Counted from the stretch's first letter, positions 24,476-34,095 are shown. The stretch: 54,754 nucleotides of DNA from Candidatus Dojkabacteria bacterium UBA2022 (GCA_002335495.1 DDBW01000010.1:1-54754); one strand, 5' to 3'. Program-made: numbers and translations. Notes: generated from the sequence alone by a model not told the origin.

Positions 24476-26980
24476 CTAGAGATTTCCCCCCGGAACAATT
24501 ATAGGAGATGTTACAACCTTATGCGAATCCCCCTTAGCGGATCCCTCTGTTACAGGAGCCTCTTTCGCAGACCTATTCCCCTTCTCACTATATTTCTGCT
24601 CACTCCATCTCTTAATCTTATCCTCAATAACTGATTGGTCAGCACTATATTTCTCACGGGAGGCAGCAATTATCTTCTCTTTATTTCCAAACTTCTGGAA
24701 TCTCGTATCCAGGGATTTAGCACTAAATGGCTTTGAAGTCATACCGTTAATACACAACTTCACATACATCGAATGAGCCTCTAAGGAAACCAAATCCTCT
24801 GCCGAGAAAATAGGCGCAAATTCATTAGCGAGAATGGAAGCATCAGACTGACTCACTACAAATGAGGCTAAAGTCCCAACATTACCGAAGATAGCCTGAC
24901 GAACAGTTAAAGGAATTTGATCTATATACTGGTTAGTCATTGTAAGGTTAAGTTTAAACTTTCTTGCTTCTGATAGAATTTTGGCAAAGGAGTCTGTAGC
25001 AAAGTTCTGAAACTCATCAACATAGAGGTAGAAGTCACGTCGCTGATCTATAGGAGTATCAACACGCTCCATCGCGGTTGACTGCAAACGAGTAATCAAC
25101 ATGCCTCCGAGTAACGCAGAGCTTTCCTCTCCTAACTTTCCTTGAGCTAGGTTGACCAGAAGAATCTTTCCAGAGTCCATAACATCCCTCAGGTTAAAGG
25201 ACGACTTAACCTGCCCGACAATATTTCTCATTACAGCAGAAGATATAAACCTACCAACCTTGTTTTGGATTGGGGCAACGGCTTCAGAAACCAACTTTGA
25301 GTTCTGAGACATCTGAGCAAACTCCTCTTCCCAGAATTTATACAAGATAGGGTCTTTAACCTGCTTAAGAATAAACTTTCGATAGTTCCGATCATTCAAC
25401 AATCGCATTACAGATAGGATTGTAGTTCCTTGCGCTTCAAGAGCGGTTGCAATCGTGTTGGTAAGAATATACTGCAATCTTGGTCCCCAAGAATCAAACT
25501 GCTTCTTGAACACCTCCACAACACCATCTGCAACGAGGTCTCGCTGTGATGAATCACTCATCTCCAGCAAATTGAAACCTATTGGATACCTTACATCCGC
25601 AGGATCGAAATATATAACATCATCAATACGCTCAGGAGGAATAAAATCCAATAGTTCATCAACCGCCTCCCCGTGAGGATCTATAAAACAGGCTCCGTGA
25701 CCAGCAAGAACATCAGCAACAAACATGTTTTTGAAAACTGTAGACTTACCTACTCCGGTTTTTCCGAGTAAATAGAAATGTCTTCTTCTATCATCCTTTT
25801 TAATTCCAAACTCAATCTTTTTACCACGGTAATCTGTATGAGCAAAAGCATTTACCCCAGGAGTACCAGCAAGGGGCAGATCCATAGGTGGCTCAGCCTT
25901 CCTCGCCCTACTCCACATTATATTAGGAGTTTCCACAGTTACATTTGGTAGGTGATAAACAGAAGCTAGTTCCTCAATATTCAAAATATCCTCAGGCTCA
26001 GACTCAAGCTTTCTTTTAAGGTAATCATTATAAATCTGTTGAGCAGGAACCGTTGGGGAGGAGTGAACAAAGCTATTTAAATGCGCGGTAGTGAACTGTT
26101 TGAAACTTGCAACTAAATCTCTGAGAATCTGCTCAGACCTAGTTTGATCCGGAGACTTAGAAATAATTCTAATTCCAACTTCAAAACCAAGCTTCAACAT
26201 CTTCAACTCAACCTGATTAAGCTCTTCCTGCTGTCCTGGAGCAAGCTTGACCACCTCTTTACCTCCACTCTTGCCATCAGTACTTGTTTGCATCGCCTTG
26301 GAAATTCCCTTAAAAATATTCACAAGCACCTCACCAATACTACCTGCAGAAGATTTCCCTTCTTTAACATCGGTAATATATTTTTTGGACTCTTCCTGCC
26401 AGTAGTTAGCAACTGGACGGAGATTAAATTGTATCCAAGCCTCTTCTCCAAGCTTTAAATCCGAGATTGCACTTGTTATAGCAGCTAGAGGATCTACATC
26501 AAAGTTTCTAAAGGTTTTAATTGGAAATATATAGCTCTTATCAAGTTCAATCACGCCCGTGCTTACAAAAGTCTGGGCATCTCTTGGAATCTGAGTATAA
26601 TCCTGCACATAACGGATCTCTGCATTTGGATACTGAGCATAGATCTGACCTTCTACAAACTCTGCTAAATGCCCAGGAACTACAGTATAGAAACGAATTC
26701 CCCCTTCTGCTCCCGATACAATTTCAAAGGAGACTAAATCCAAAGATTTCTTTGCGTCTCTCAAAATACCATGCAAGGAAGCAAACATCTGCTCTGCGGC
26801 CAAAGGAGTTTTATCGTTCTCTCTAGGGACAAGAATCTGGAGAATCTGAGGATTGCGAATCTCCTCAAAAACCTTCACCCCGTCAGGCTTCTTTGCAAAC
26901 GTAAATACAAACAGTACAAAGATGATCGAGATTATAAGTATAACTAATATTGCTCCTGCCATAGTGTTTAATAATATCAA
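24476..26980 (-). CDS. Membrane-anchored TraD/VirD4-like (FtsK/HerA superfamily) P-loop ATPase
   Basis: N-terminal TM helix, LLGKTGVGKST (Walker A) and FYLYVDEFQNF (Walker B), with a C-terminal FKLNLTMTNQY block typical of T4SS coupling-protein-like ATPases. Confidence 0.7.
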   Translation of the reverse strand: MILLNTMAGAILVILIISIIFVLFVFTFAKKPDGVKVFEEIRNPQILQILVPRENDKTPLAAEQMFASLHGILRDAKKSLDLVSFEIVSGAEGGIRFYTVVPGHLAEFVEGQIYAQYPNAEIRYVQDYTQIPRDAQTFVSTGVIELDKSYIFPIKTFRNFDVDPLAAITSAISDLKLGEEAWIQFNLRPVANYWQEESKKYITDVKEGKSSAGSIGEVLVNIFKGISKAMQTSTDGKSGGKEVVKLAPGQQEELNQVELKMLKLGFEVGIRIISKSPDQTRSEQILRDLVASFKQFTTAHLNSFVHSSPTVPAQQIYNDYLKRKLESEPEDILNIEELASVYHLPNVTVETPNIMWSRARKAEPPMDLPLAGTPGVNAFAHTDYRGKKIEFGIKKDDRRRHFYLLGKTGVGKSTVFKNMFVADVLAGHGACFIDPHGEAVDELLDFIPPERIDDVIYFDPADVRYPIGFNLLEMSDSSQRDLVADGVVEVFKKQFDSWGPRLQYILTNTIATALEAQGTTILSVMRLLNDRNYRKFILKQVKDPILYKFWEEEFAQMSQNSKLVSEAVAPIQNKVGRFISSAVMRNIVGQVKSSFNLRDVMDSGKILLVNLAQGKLGEESSALLGGMLITRLQSTAMERVDTPIDQRRDFYLYVDEFQNFATDSFAKILSEARKFKLNLTMTNQYIDQIPLTVRQAIFGNVGTLASFVVSQSDASILANEFAPIFSAEDLVSLEAHSMYVKLCINGMTSKPFSAKSLDTRFQKFGNKEKIIAASREKYSADQSVIEDKIKRWSEQKYSEKGNRSAKEAPVTEGSAKGDSHKVVTSPIIVPGGNL

Positions 26981-26999
26981 TAGTTTGGAAAGGTTTAAA

Positions 27000-28235
27000 C
27001 TACCTCCAACGAAGTTCTTTCTCCTTATCCTTCCCTAGTATAACAATTATATCTCCTGTTGTAATGAAGTCAGGCCTACCTTCTATAATCTCGCACTGAT
27101 CACACACCAAATCTTCAACACTATCGAAGGACTCTGCAAAACGCTCCGGATGAGATACATATATTGTAGTCTTATCAAACTCAGTTGGTGAGTTATCATA
27201 TCTAACAACTTTAACCCCGTAATTATAGACTTTTCTAGCATATCTAGATGCTAAACCGGGAATTCCACTACCATTATATACCTCAACTTTCGCCTGCTCC
27301 TTCTCAACAGATCGAGACCTAACTATATTAAAGTTATCCTGAATTACCTTATCGTACTCACTATAATTAACGGTTAAAACCTCCCTACCGTTATCAGCGT
27401 TGTAAGTACGAAAGAGTCCGGGCTGACTCAAGTCAACCATAACAACATCCCCCGCTCTAAAAATCATTTTCATTGAGTACAACTCACTCATAATAGACAT
27501 GGAGGAAACGTTTGTATCAAGACTTTCAACATACTTTTCCCAAGATTTAGATTTAGCAATCGTTTTCGTATAACTAAAGTGATCAACCAGTGAGTTAATG
27601 AATAAGGCGGCATCAGATATCTCAACCGGATTTTTATAATTCTCCTTATAACTCAATGCGGTGTATTCTGAAGGATCTCCATAAAGGTCGGTTAGATACT
27701 TCAAGGCAGTAGCATCTACCCAAAAATAATTCTCAACTGTGAAGCCAGTCATATTTCCAATCTGCCAGATCACATACTCAACACTTCTATCAGGGTTGAT
27801 TAGATCCCCTGCATATTCAAGATCAGACAACGGCAGAGAAGATCTGAAAAGGTCGTTAGGATCATCGATATATACCCCAGGAGGGATATAAAAAACTACG
27901 GTCTGAGCAAGATTATCATTACTAATTACAAGCCAAGCCCCGGCAATTCTATTTTCTACTGGAGATTTGATTACGAAAAGAGTGCTTGAAAGGTCTTTAC
28001 GTTCCTTTAACAGCTCTAATTTAGAATCACAAAGCGAACATCTCGAATCGGCAGTAACAAACCTCTCCCCTATTATATACGCGGAATACAACGTATAAAG
28101 AGCTAGAGTGGCTATAACAAATCTCAGAACAAGCTTCATCCATCTGAATATCGTCGAGGTTGAATTTTTCTTTTTTGCGAATGTCGTGACACGGGAAGCA
28201 CCGGCAAACATCCTTCGGCTTCGGACAGATTTCAT
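27000..28235 (-). CDS. LCP-like (LytR/CpsA/Psr) protein with LytR_C domain
   Basis: N-terminal TM helix. The C-terminal VEVYNGSGIPGLASRYARKV...VVRYDN matches the LytR_C pattern. The LCP core is divergent. Confidence 0.6.
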   Translation of the reverse strand: MKSVRSRRMFAGASRVTTFAKKKNSTSTIFRWMKLVLRFVIATLALYTLYSAYIIGERFVTADSRCSLCDSKLELLKERKDLSSTLFVIKSPVENRIAGAWLVISNDNLAQTVVFYIPPGVYIDDPNDLFRSSLPLSDLEYAGDLINPDRSVEYVIWQIGNMTGFTVENYFWVDATALKYLTDLYGDPSEYTALSYKENYKNPVEISDAALFINSLVDHFSYTKTIAKSKSWEKYVESLDTNVSSMSIMSELYSMKMIFRAGDVVMVDLSQPGLFRTYNADNGREVLTVNYSEYDKVIQDNFNIVRSRSVEKEQAKVEVYNGSGIPGLASRYARKVYNYGVKVVRYDNSPTEFDKTTIYVSHPERFAESFDSVEDLVCDQCEIIEGRPDFITTGDIIVILGKDKEKELRWR

Positions 28236-28602
28236 ACTAATATATTACATTAATTTCAGGTGAGTTAGTAGATTGCATATAAAGCCACTATAACTATACC
28301 TATAAGACTTACAAGCCCTTCCAAAAGCAAGCTTTCACTCTCAAAAACAGAATCAACTCTGAAGCCACCTAATCTCGACCATGTTACGAGAGGCTAACGT
28401 AAAATAAACCTAAAAAAGAAATTTACTCCTAGTCCGCCAAAGAAACTCCCCCCTGACCTTGTGGGTACCAACTTTCGTTCAATAGACCTTACGAGACGTT
28501 CAATTGTATTACTCGGGATATTCACTGACTAAATAAGACATTTTTACGTAAGAGGCATTTAACATCGACTATATGGCAGAATAGAGATTTAGACCTAGTA
28601 CA

Positions 28603-29631
28603 TTAGACTATACGCCATTGTCTTTTTACTCCAGGCGATACTTCTAGCCCAAGCAAAATTGCTTCGAGTTCTAATGCGTCCCGATCTCCAACTCCTGATG
28701 AACCGTAAAGAGAATCTCCTATAATTGAAACCCCAAGGAACTTTAAACTTGCCCTAATCTGATGCATACGCCCTGTTTCAATTTTTATTAAAACGCTTCC
28801 ATCTTCAATTCTTAGAATATAAGACATTGCACTTTTATATGTAGAATCAACCTGAAACTGTGAAAATCTCATCTTCTGACGATTTCTAGAATCTCTACCA
28901 ATATACCCAGCCAATTCATACCAACCCTTAGGGTTGTATTTATTCTTTTCAAGCTCTCTAATTACATCTTCTACATTTCCGTTAAATCTAGGCACCTTAG
29001 GGCTCATATCTCCAATTACAGAAGCCCTATACACTTTTACCACCTTATGTTCTTCAAACTGTTTTTTGAGAAAGAGCTGTGTTTCAAGATTCTTTGCGAT
29101 AATCATTAACCCTGAAACCCCTTTATCTAACCTGTGTACAATACCAGCCCTTTCAACCCTCTCATCGTACTCCCCTTTGCCTTCAAGATACCCTTTCACG
29201 TAGTTAGCCAAGGTTCCCTTCCAATTCCCCTCGCCTGGGTGGACCACAATGCCTTTAGGTTTATTTATAACCATCCAATCGTCGCTCTCTTCAATAATAG
29301 TTAAAACGCCATTCTCAGACACTAAAGAAGATCTCTCATCTAAACCTACCTGCATACTATCAATTAAGGATTTAATATCTACCAAAACAACATCCCCAAC
29401 CTTAACCTTATACCCTTTCTTCTGAGATTCTCCATTAACGGTTACTAAGCCTAAGTATTTCAAAATCTGAGAGCGATTGAAAATAGGTCTAATAGCACTT
29501 GGAATATATTCAGAAAGCTTATCAAGCAGAAATACATCTAACCTCTCCCCTTCCCAAACCGAATCGACAATTAATGAAATGTTATCTGTATTACTCACTC
29601 TATTTCTTCTTAACCTTAACAATACTACCAA
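28603..29631 (-). CDS. rluD: RluA/RluD-family 23S rRNA pseudouridine synthase
   Basis: S4-like N-terminus (GERLDVFL), HRLDKGVSGLMIIAK (catalytic Asp) and GRMHQIRA. A GTG at 29598 would remove the 32-nt overlap with the upstream gene. Confidence 0.85.
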   Translation of the reverse strand: MVVLLRLRRNRVSNTDNISLIVDSVWEGERLDVFLLDKLSEYIPSAIRPIFNRSQILKYLGLVTVNGESQKKGYKVKVGDVVLVDIKSLIDSMQVGLDERSSLVSENGVLTIIEESDDWMVINKPKGIVVHPGEGNWKGTLANYVKGYLEGKGEYDERVERAGIVHRLDKGVSGLMIIAKNLETQLFLKKQFEEHKVVKVYRASVIGDMSPKVPRFNGNVEDVIRELEKNKYNPKGWYELAGYIGRDSRNRQKMRFSQFQVDSTYKSAMSYILRIEDGSVLIKIETGRMHQIRASLKFLGVSIIGDSLYGSSGVGDRDALELEAILLGLEVSPGVKRQWRIV

Positions 29632-30436
29632 CCTTTGGAAGCTTTGGAGTGCGGGCTACGGTGTCCAATACAATATTTTTTCTCTGCATATCAGCTATAA
29701 AAGTCCACGTAGATATCAACATAAATACAATTAATGAGTATAGATTATACCTGTCTACCTGTGTAATCTGACTTAGAAGCAAGGAAAGAAGAATAAAGGT
29801 GTTTGAGAGAACAAAATATCCAAAGTACAGTATGAATATGGACTTCTCATACATGTCCTGGTTACCTTTAAATCTCTGCTTAACTAAACGATGAAGAATA
29901 AGGTAAAGAAGATATATGCCTATAACCACAGCACCCTGTCTAACAATAATATCGCTATCTCCCAAAAGTCCTGTGACTATAAGAGAGGCACCCAACATAA
30001 CCGTTCCGGAGATTGTGATAACCCCTATCATCTCCCTCCATCTCCATTTTTTGATATAGGTAGAAACTATGAAGCCGACGATCGTAAATGCCGCATACAT
30101 ACTAATAAATAAGAACCCACCATCCCATATTTTCATATATTTCCAAGGAAGGAGTCTGAAATAGTAGATACCGTCAGAGTACTTCTCGTAAGGAACCACA
30201 GACCAGACCAAGCCTTCAAAATCTCCAGGATTAGACAAAATATATGAGAACCTTCCCCAAATAATGGTAACTAACAAAGTTAGAAAAAATACGTCAAAAA
30301 CAGAATTACGATCTTTGCGAGTAGAATGAGATTCAGACCAAAATATATACATTCCAATTATCGCGAAAACAACAAGACTGGGAATGAATCCAAAAGAAGA
30401 AAGGGCATTTTGCAACGTACTTACAATTTCACTCAC
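29600..30436 (-). CDS. Polytopic membrane protein, possibly Lgt-like (prolipoprotein diacylglyceryl transferase)
   Basis: About 7 TM helices. IWGRFSYIL and KIWDGGFLF weakly resemble the Lgt GR..N and W.GGL blocks. Confidence 0.4.
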   Translation of the reverse strand: MSEIVSTLQNALSSFGFIPSLVVFAIIGMYIFWSESHSTRKDRNSVFDVFFLTLLVTIIWGRFSYILSNPGDFEGLVWSVVPYEKYSDGIYYFRLLPWKYMKIWDGGFLFISMYAAFTIVGFIVSTYIKKWRWREMIGVITISGTVMLGASLIVTGLLGDSDIIVRQGAVVIGIYLLYLILHRLVKQRFKGNQDMYEKSIFILYFGYFVLSNTFILLSLLLSQITQVDRYNLYSLIVFMLISTWTFIADMQRKNIVLDTVARTPKLPKVGSIVKVKKK

Positions 30437-30441
30437 GTTTA

Positions 30442-31104
30442 TTATTTCTTCTTATTTTTAGATTTCTTCTGCTTCTTCTTACTCTTTTTGGAAGAAGTAT
30501 CTTTTATAACAGAAGCAACAACTTTATCTTTAACAGGAGCAGCAGCCCTCTTAGCGTCAACTTTAACTTTGTACTCATTATATTTTCTACTTACAAATTC
30601 CCTGAAAGATTCGTACCGAATCTGCTTAATAACGACAGGTGTAAAAGAACTGTTTACGTCTCCACAAAATGGACATCTCTTCCACTTTTTATCAATATTA
30701 ACACCGCACTTTGAACACTTAACCTTAACTTCATTATCGCAGTTAGGGCAGAATACAAACCCAGGCTGCAACATCACTCCACACTTCTCACAATCCTGCA
30801 AATCAGCAGTTTCATACATGAGATACCTTCTTTCAAGGTCACTCCAATACTGCTCCTGCAATGTCATCTTAGGCCTAAGAATGAGGTATATGATAAGTCC
30901 AGGAATATTACCAAAGAGAACAATAATTACAGATAATAATCGTGGCAAAAACTTCTCTGTTCGCTCAGATGCATCAAACCAAACCCATGCAACAACAACT
31001 AACCAAAATACAACTAATAAACCAGAAGCATATTTAAGCACCATATCGAAATCCACCTTACCCAAGCCTTCTAAAAAGTCTAATACTGATTTCTCTAAAT
31101 CCAT
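30442..31104 (-). CDS. Membrane protein with PLDc_N-like N-terminus and double zinc ribbon, Lys-rich tail
   Basis: VVVAWVWFDASER, then CEKCG...CPNC and CSKCG...CPFCG. Confidence 0.7.
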   Translation of the reverse strand: MDLEKSVLDFLEGLGKVDFDMVLKYASGLLVVFWLVVVAWVWFDASERTEKFLPRLLSVIIVLFGNIPGLIIYLILRPKMTLQEQYWSDLERRYLMYETADLQDCEKCGVMLQPGFVFCPNCDNEVKVKCSKCGVNIDKKWKRCPFCGDVNSSFTPVVIKQIRYESFREFVSRKYNEYKVKVDAKRAAAPVKDKVVASVIKDTSSKKSKKKQKKSKNKKK

Positions 31105-31130
31105 AGGTGGTACGTTAATAAATTATTACC

Positions 31131-31217
31131 TGGTGGTCGAGGAGGGAATTGAACCCTCACGCTATTGCTAGCATGGGATTTTGAGTCCCACGTGTCTGCC
31201 AGTTCCACCACTCGACC
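31131..31217 (-). tRNA. tRNA-Leu (anticodon CAA), CCA encoded
   Basis: Hand-folded 87-nt cloverleaf: acceptor GGTCGAG/CTCGACC, anticodon stem TGGGA/TCCCA with loop CTCAAAA, a 15-nt variable arm, T arm GAGGG-TTCAATT-CCCTC, then discriminator A and CCA. Confidence 0.85.
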
Positions 31218-31239
31218 CTGAGTGATTATACTATCAAAT

Positions 31240-32571
31240 TTAGGATTTGTCCCCCTTATTCTCTCTATATAAATTCTTATAAGATGCGATATTTTTTACG
31301 AATGCCATCTCAATATCTCCTGTAGGACCATTTCTATGCTTTGCAATAATAATATCAGCAATACCTTTTCTTTCAGTATCAGGATTATATGTTTCTTCTC
31401 TATCGATAAAGATAACTACGTCAGCATCCTGTTCAATGGAACCTGAGTCTCTTAGGTCCGAAAGCTGAGGTCTTCTTGAGTTTCTACTCTCAACTGCACG
31501 AGATAACTGAGAAAGAGCAATAACTGGAACATTGAGCTCTCTGGCAATATTCTTTAAACCTTGAGAAATCTCTGCAACCTCCTGAGTCCTCCCCTCTTTA
31601 CTACTTCCATGCAATAACTGAAGGTAATCAACGATGATAATATCGATTCCTCTTTCCAATGCAACTCTTCTTGCCTTGGTTCTAATCTCGTTAATATGCT
31701 GACCTGGAGTATCATCAATGAGAATAGTGGACTCGGCAAGTTCACCCATGGCAACGGCTAATCTCTCAAACATCTCATCATTAAGTTTTCCAGTCCTGGT
31801 ATCCCAAAACGACACTTCAGCTTGCATACCAAGCAAACGATCAAGAATTTGTGTATTGGACATTTCTAAGGAGAAAATTAGAGCCTTATTCTTATTCTGT
31901 ACGGCAACACTCTTTAATAAGCTCAGAGCAAAAGCTGTTTTACCCACAGATGGACGTGCCGCAAGAATGATTAAATCAGACGGCTGAAAACCACCAATAA
32001 CATTATCTAAATCCCTGAAACCAGAAGGAATTCCTAAATAAGTACCTTCCCGTTCAGCTCTCTCGGCTCTCTCATAAGCATCTTTCAGCAAGTCCTTGAT
32101 ATGTACGAAGTTGGTCTTAACTCCAGTTTGAGCAACATTAAAAATCAGCTTCTCAGATTTATCTACAACCTCTTTAAGGGGTATACTCTCATCAAAACTA
32201 AGCTCTGTAATTTCAGAAGCGGATGTAATAAGTCCTCGCCTTACCGAGTTATCTTTGACGATCTCTCCATACTCTTCAACATGCGCTGAGGTAGGAACCA
32301 TATTAACCAGATCCGTAAGATAGGTACGTCCTCCAATCTTTGATAACTCTTTTTTAGTCTTAAGCTTGTTAGTTAGAGTTACAATATCAATTGGCAAGCC
32401 CTCTTCAAAAAGCTCAACAATATTCTGAAAAATGATGGCATGTCTCTGGTCGTAAAAGTGCTCAGCCTTCATCCAACCCGCAACATTTATAACAGCCTCT
32501 TTATCCAACAGCATCGCCCCAAGAACAGATTGTTCAGCTTCAAGGTTCTGTGGAGGAATTTTCTGGACCAT
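31240..32571 (-). CDS. dnaB: Replicative DNA helicase DnaB
   Basis: PPQNLEAEQSVLG N-terminus, ARPSVGKTAFAL (Walker A) and IIIVDYLQLL. No intein. Confidence 0.95.
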   Translation of the reverse strand: MVQKIPPQNLEAEQSVLGAMLLDKEAVINVAGWMKAEHFYDQRHAIIFQNIVELFEEGLPIDIVTLTNKLKTKKELSKIGGRTYLTDLVNMVPTSAHVEEYGEIVKDNSVRRGLITSASEITELSFDESIPLKEVVDKSEKLIFNVAQTGVKTNFVHIKDLLKDAYERAERAEREGTYLGIPSGFRDLDNVIGGFQPSDLIILAARPSVGKTAFALSLLKSVAVQNKNKALIFSLEMSNTQILDRLLGMQAEVSFWDTRTGKLNDEMFERLAVAMGELAESTILIDDTPGQHINEIRTKARRVALERGIDIIIVDYLQLLHGSSKEGRTQEVAEISQGLKNIARELNVPVIALSQLSRAVESRNSRRPQLSDLRDSGSIEQDADVVIFIDREETYNPDTERKGIADIIIAKHRNGPTGDIEMAFVKNIASYKNLYRENKGDKS

Positions 32572-32597
32572 ATATTAGTGCTCCTAATAAAATATAA

Positions 32598-33200
32598 TTA
32601 CTTAGACTCCAAGAATACGACTCGCATAGCTCTCTCCTCTGCCTCTGGTTTACTTTCAACTTTCAACATTTTTTCTGTTGTTGCAGTGGTGTATCCAAAG
32701 GTTTTAACAAAATCTTCCTTCGATTTGCTCCCAGGAGCATCAGTTCCAAAGGGAACGAGGATAACCGGTTCAACTTTAGATATAATCTCCTGAATTGTGT
32801 CATAAGAAGGAAAATCTTCACCATCCGAATACGGCAGAAGGAGAACATCTACATCTCCCAAATCTCTAAGCTGTTTAACATCAATATTTTTACTCCCAAA
32901 ACCAATATAGACAATACGGATTAAATCGTAATCGATTACATAGTGAACTCCTGAGATTGGTCTTTGAACCATTAGTCCCGCTATCTCATACTCTCCGGGA
33001 CTACTTATTTCAAAAACCTTCTCACGATTTACAGGTTTAATATCAAGAGCAGTAGCCTCCAAACGGCTATTAATGACTACATCCGCCTCACTCGATAACC
33101 CTTTAACTCCGGATGCTTTTGCGGAAGCAAGATCTGTAACAGTAACTAAACCGTCAGTAGTAAACGTGAAAGAAGTATTACCGTTATAACGTATCTTCAT
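32598..33200 (-). CDS. Hypothetical protein, possibly degenerate MBL-fold
   Basis: The start is moved to internal Met40 (MKIRYNGNTSFTF) to avoid overlapping the sortase. The strand/loop pattern resembles Lactamase_B_2-type proteins, but there is no HxHxDH. Confidence 0.45.
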   Translation of the reverse strand: MKIRYNGNTSFTFTTDGLVTVTDLASAKASGVKGLSSEADVVINSRLEATALDIKPVNREKVFEISSPGEYEIAGLMVQRPISGVHYVIDYDLIRIVYIGFGSKNIDVKQLRDLGDVDVLLLPYSDGEDFPSYDTIQEIISKVEPVILVPFGTDAPGSKSKEDFVKTFGYTTATTEKMLKVESKPEAEERAMRVVFLESK

Positions 33201-33250
33201 AGCAGGTAGTAAACAATTAAAATATTTCTCTGAGATAGTATACCAAAGAG

Positions 33251-33742
33251 TTAACGAATACTCACTAGCTCTCCAACCACAACATATCGATAAATAGGGT
33301 TGAAAATTGGATAGCATGTATAAAGGGTAATCAAAGCCTTTCCCGAGATAGTTGCTTCAATACCTACTTCAGAGCTCTCAACAACAGAATTCCTTACAAC
33401 TTCATACACATATTGAACACCCTTGTATTTCAAGTAAATTTCATCCCCCTCCTCTACTCGACTCAGATAGAAAAAAGGAGGGGGAATATACCTGCCGTAA
33501 TCGATACTATGCCCGACGATTACAACGTTGGAACTGTTATTCCGAGGGTAACCTGAATAACGCATATGGGTAAGGCCCTGCCTACTCAACGAATCTCTAT
33601 CCCTTTCCACCTCCTCAGCCAGTCCAATGCTTGGGATTTGAAGATACATAAAACTAAAGTCATTAGAATCAGTCGATTGAAGACCTCTTACAAGCCCCGT
33701 CTCCTGCCCTGCGTCACGCTTTTGCACACCAGAGATATACAA
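33251..33742 (-). CDS. Sortase-family transpeptidase; true N-terminus probably lies upstream of the called TTG
   Basis: VVIVGHS (His), LITLYTCYP (TLxTC Cys) and a downstream Arg. The in-frame sequence upstream (33743-33829) encodes a TM helix but has no ATG/GTG/TTG. Confidence 0.75.
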   Translation of the reverse strand: MYISGVQKRDAGQETGLVRGLQSTDSNDFSFMYLQIPSIGLAEEVERDRDSLSRQGLTHMRYSGYPRNNSSNVVIVGHSIDYGRYIPPPFFYLSRVEEGDEIYLKYKGVQYVYEVVRNSVVESSEVGIEATISGKALITLYTCYPIFNPIYRYVVVGELVSIR

Positions 33743-33812
33743 CTCACCGTAAAGAAACGGAAAAAGTAGGTAGAAAAGAGTAATTATTAGAATTAAACGA
33801 ATTATGCGTATA

Positions 33813-34040
33813 CTATTTAAGCATTGAAACTACAGAATCAAGCTGTGCCATCAAGGCATTTTTCATATCACTCTTGATTAGTTCAAGTTTAGTACTTTGA
33901 AGTGAACTAATTATGGCCTCAATCTGAATAAGGATCTTCTGAGTATCCTCACCATTCTCAACAAGCTTTTCAACCCCTCTCACCTGCCCTTCAATCCTGT
34001 GCAATCTATCCTGAATTGTAGAAGGTCCTTTCTTTGCCAT
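33813..34040 (-). CDS. CsoR/RcnR/FrmR-family (DUF156) repressor, Cys-less variant
   Basis: DRLHRIEGQVRGVEKLVE matches the family signature. The 75-aa protein contains no Cys and only one His. Confidence 0.75.
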   Translation of the reverse strand: MAKKGPSTIQDRLHRIEGQVRGVEKLVENGEDTQKILIQIEAIISSLQSTKLELIKSDMKNALMAQLDSVVSMLK

Positions 34041-34079
34041 AATATTCGTTAATTATCTAAGTAATACCGAGAATATATC

Positions 34080-34095
34080 ATACCCCCACAGGTAT
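34080..34095. promoter_or_regulatory. Candidate CsoR-type operator ATACC-N6-GGTAT
   Basis: ATACCCCCACAGGTAT lies 40-55 nt upstream of the repressor start. C-tract inverted repeats of this kind are the known operator style of the family. Confidence 0.4.

Noticed and set aside
28236-28602. RNase P RNA, tmRNA or SRP RNA in the 367-bp gap
   Set aside because: Read on both strands, the gap lacks GGAAAGTCC and ACAGAA..GGCTTA (RNase P). It also lacks a GGGG..TTCGAC 5' end or a T-arm-plus-ACCA 3' end (tmRNA). There is no GGAA-tetraloop/AGCA helix-8 motif (SRP), only a partial GGTCAGG match. The gap itself is still listed as unexplained.
30326-31171. 281-aa plus-strand ORF
   Set aside because: It lies antisense to the well-supported zinc-ribbon gene and runs into the tRNA-Leu. 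Its sequence is low-complexity and Leu/Ser/Phe-rich, as expected from the reverse frame of a Lys-rich gene.
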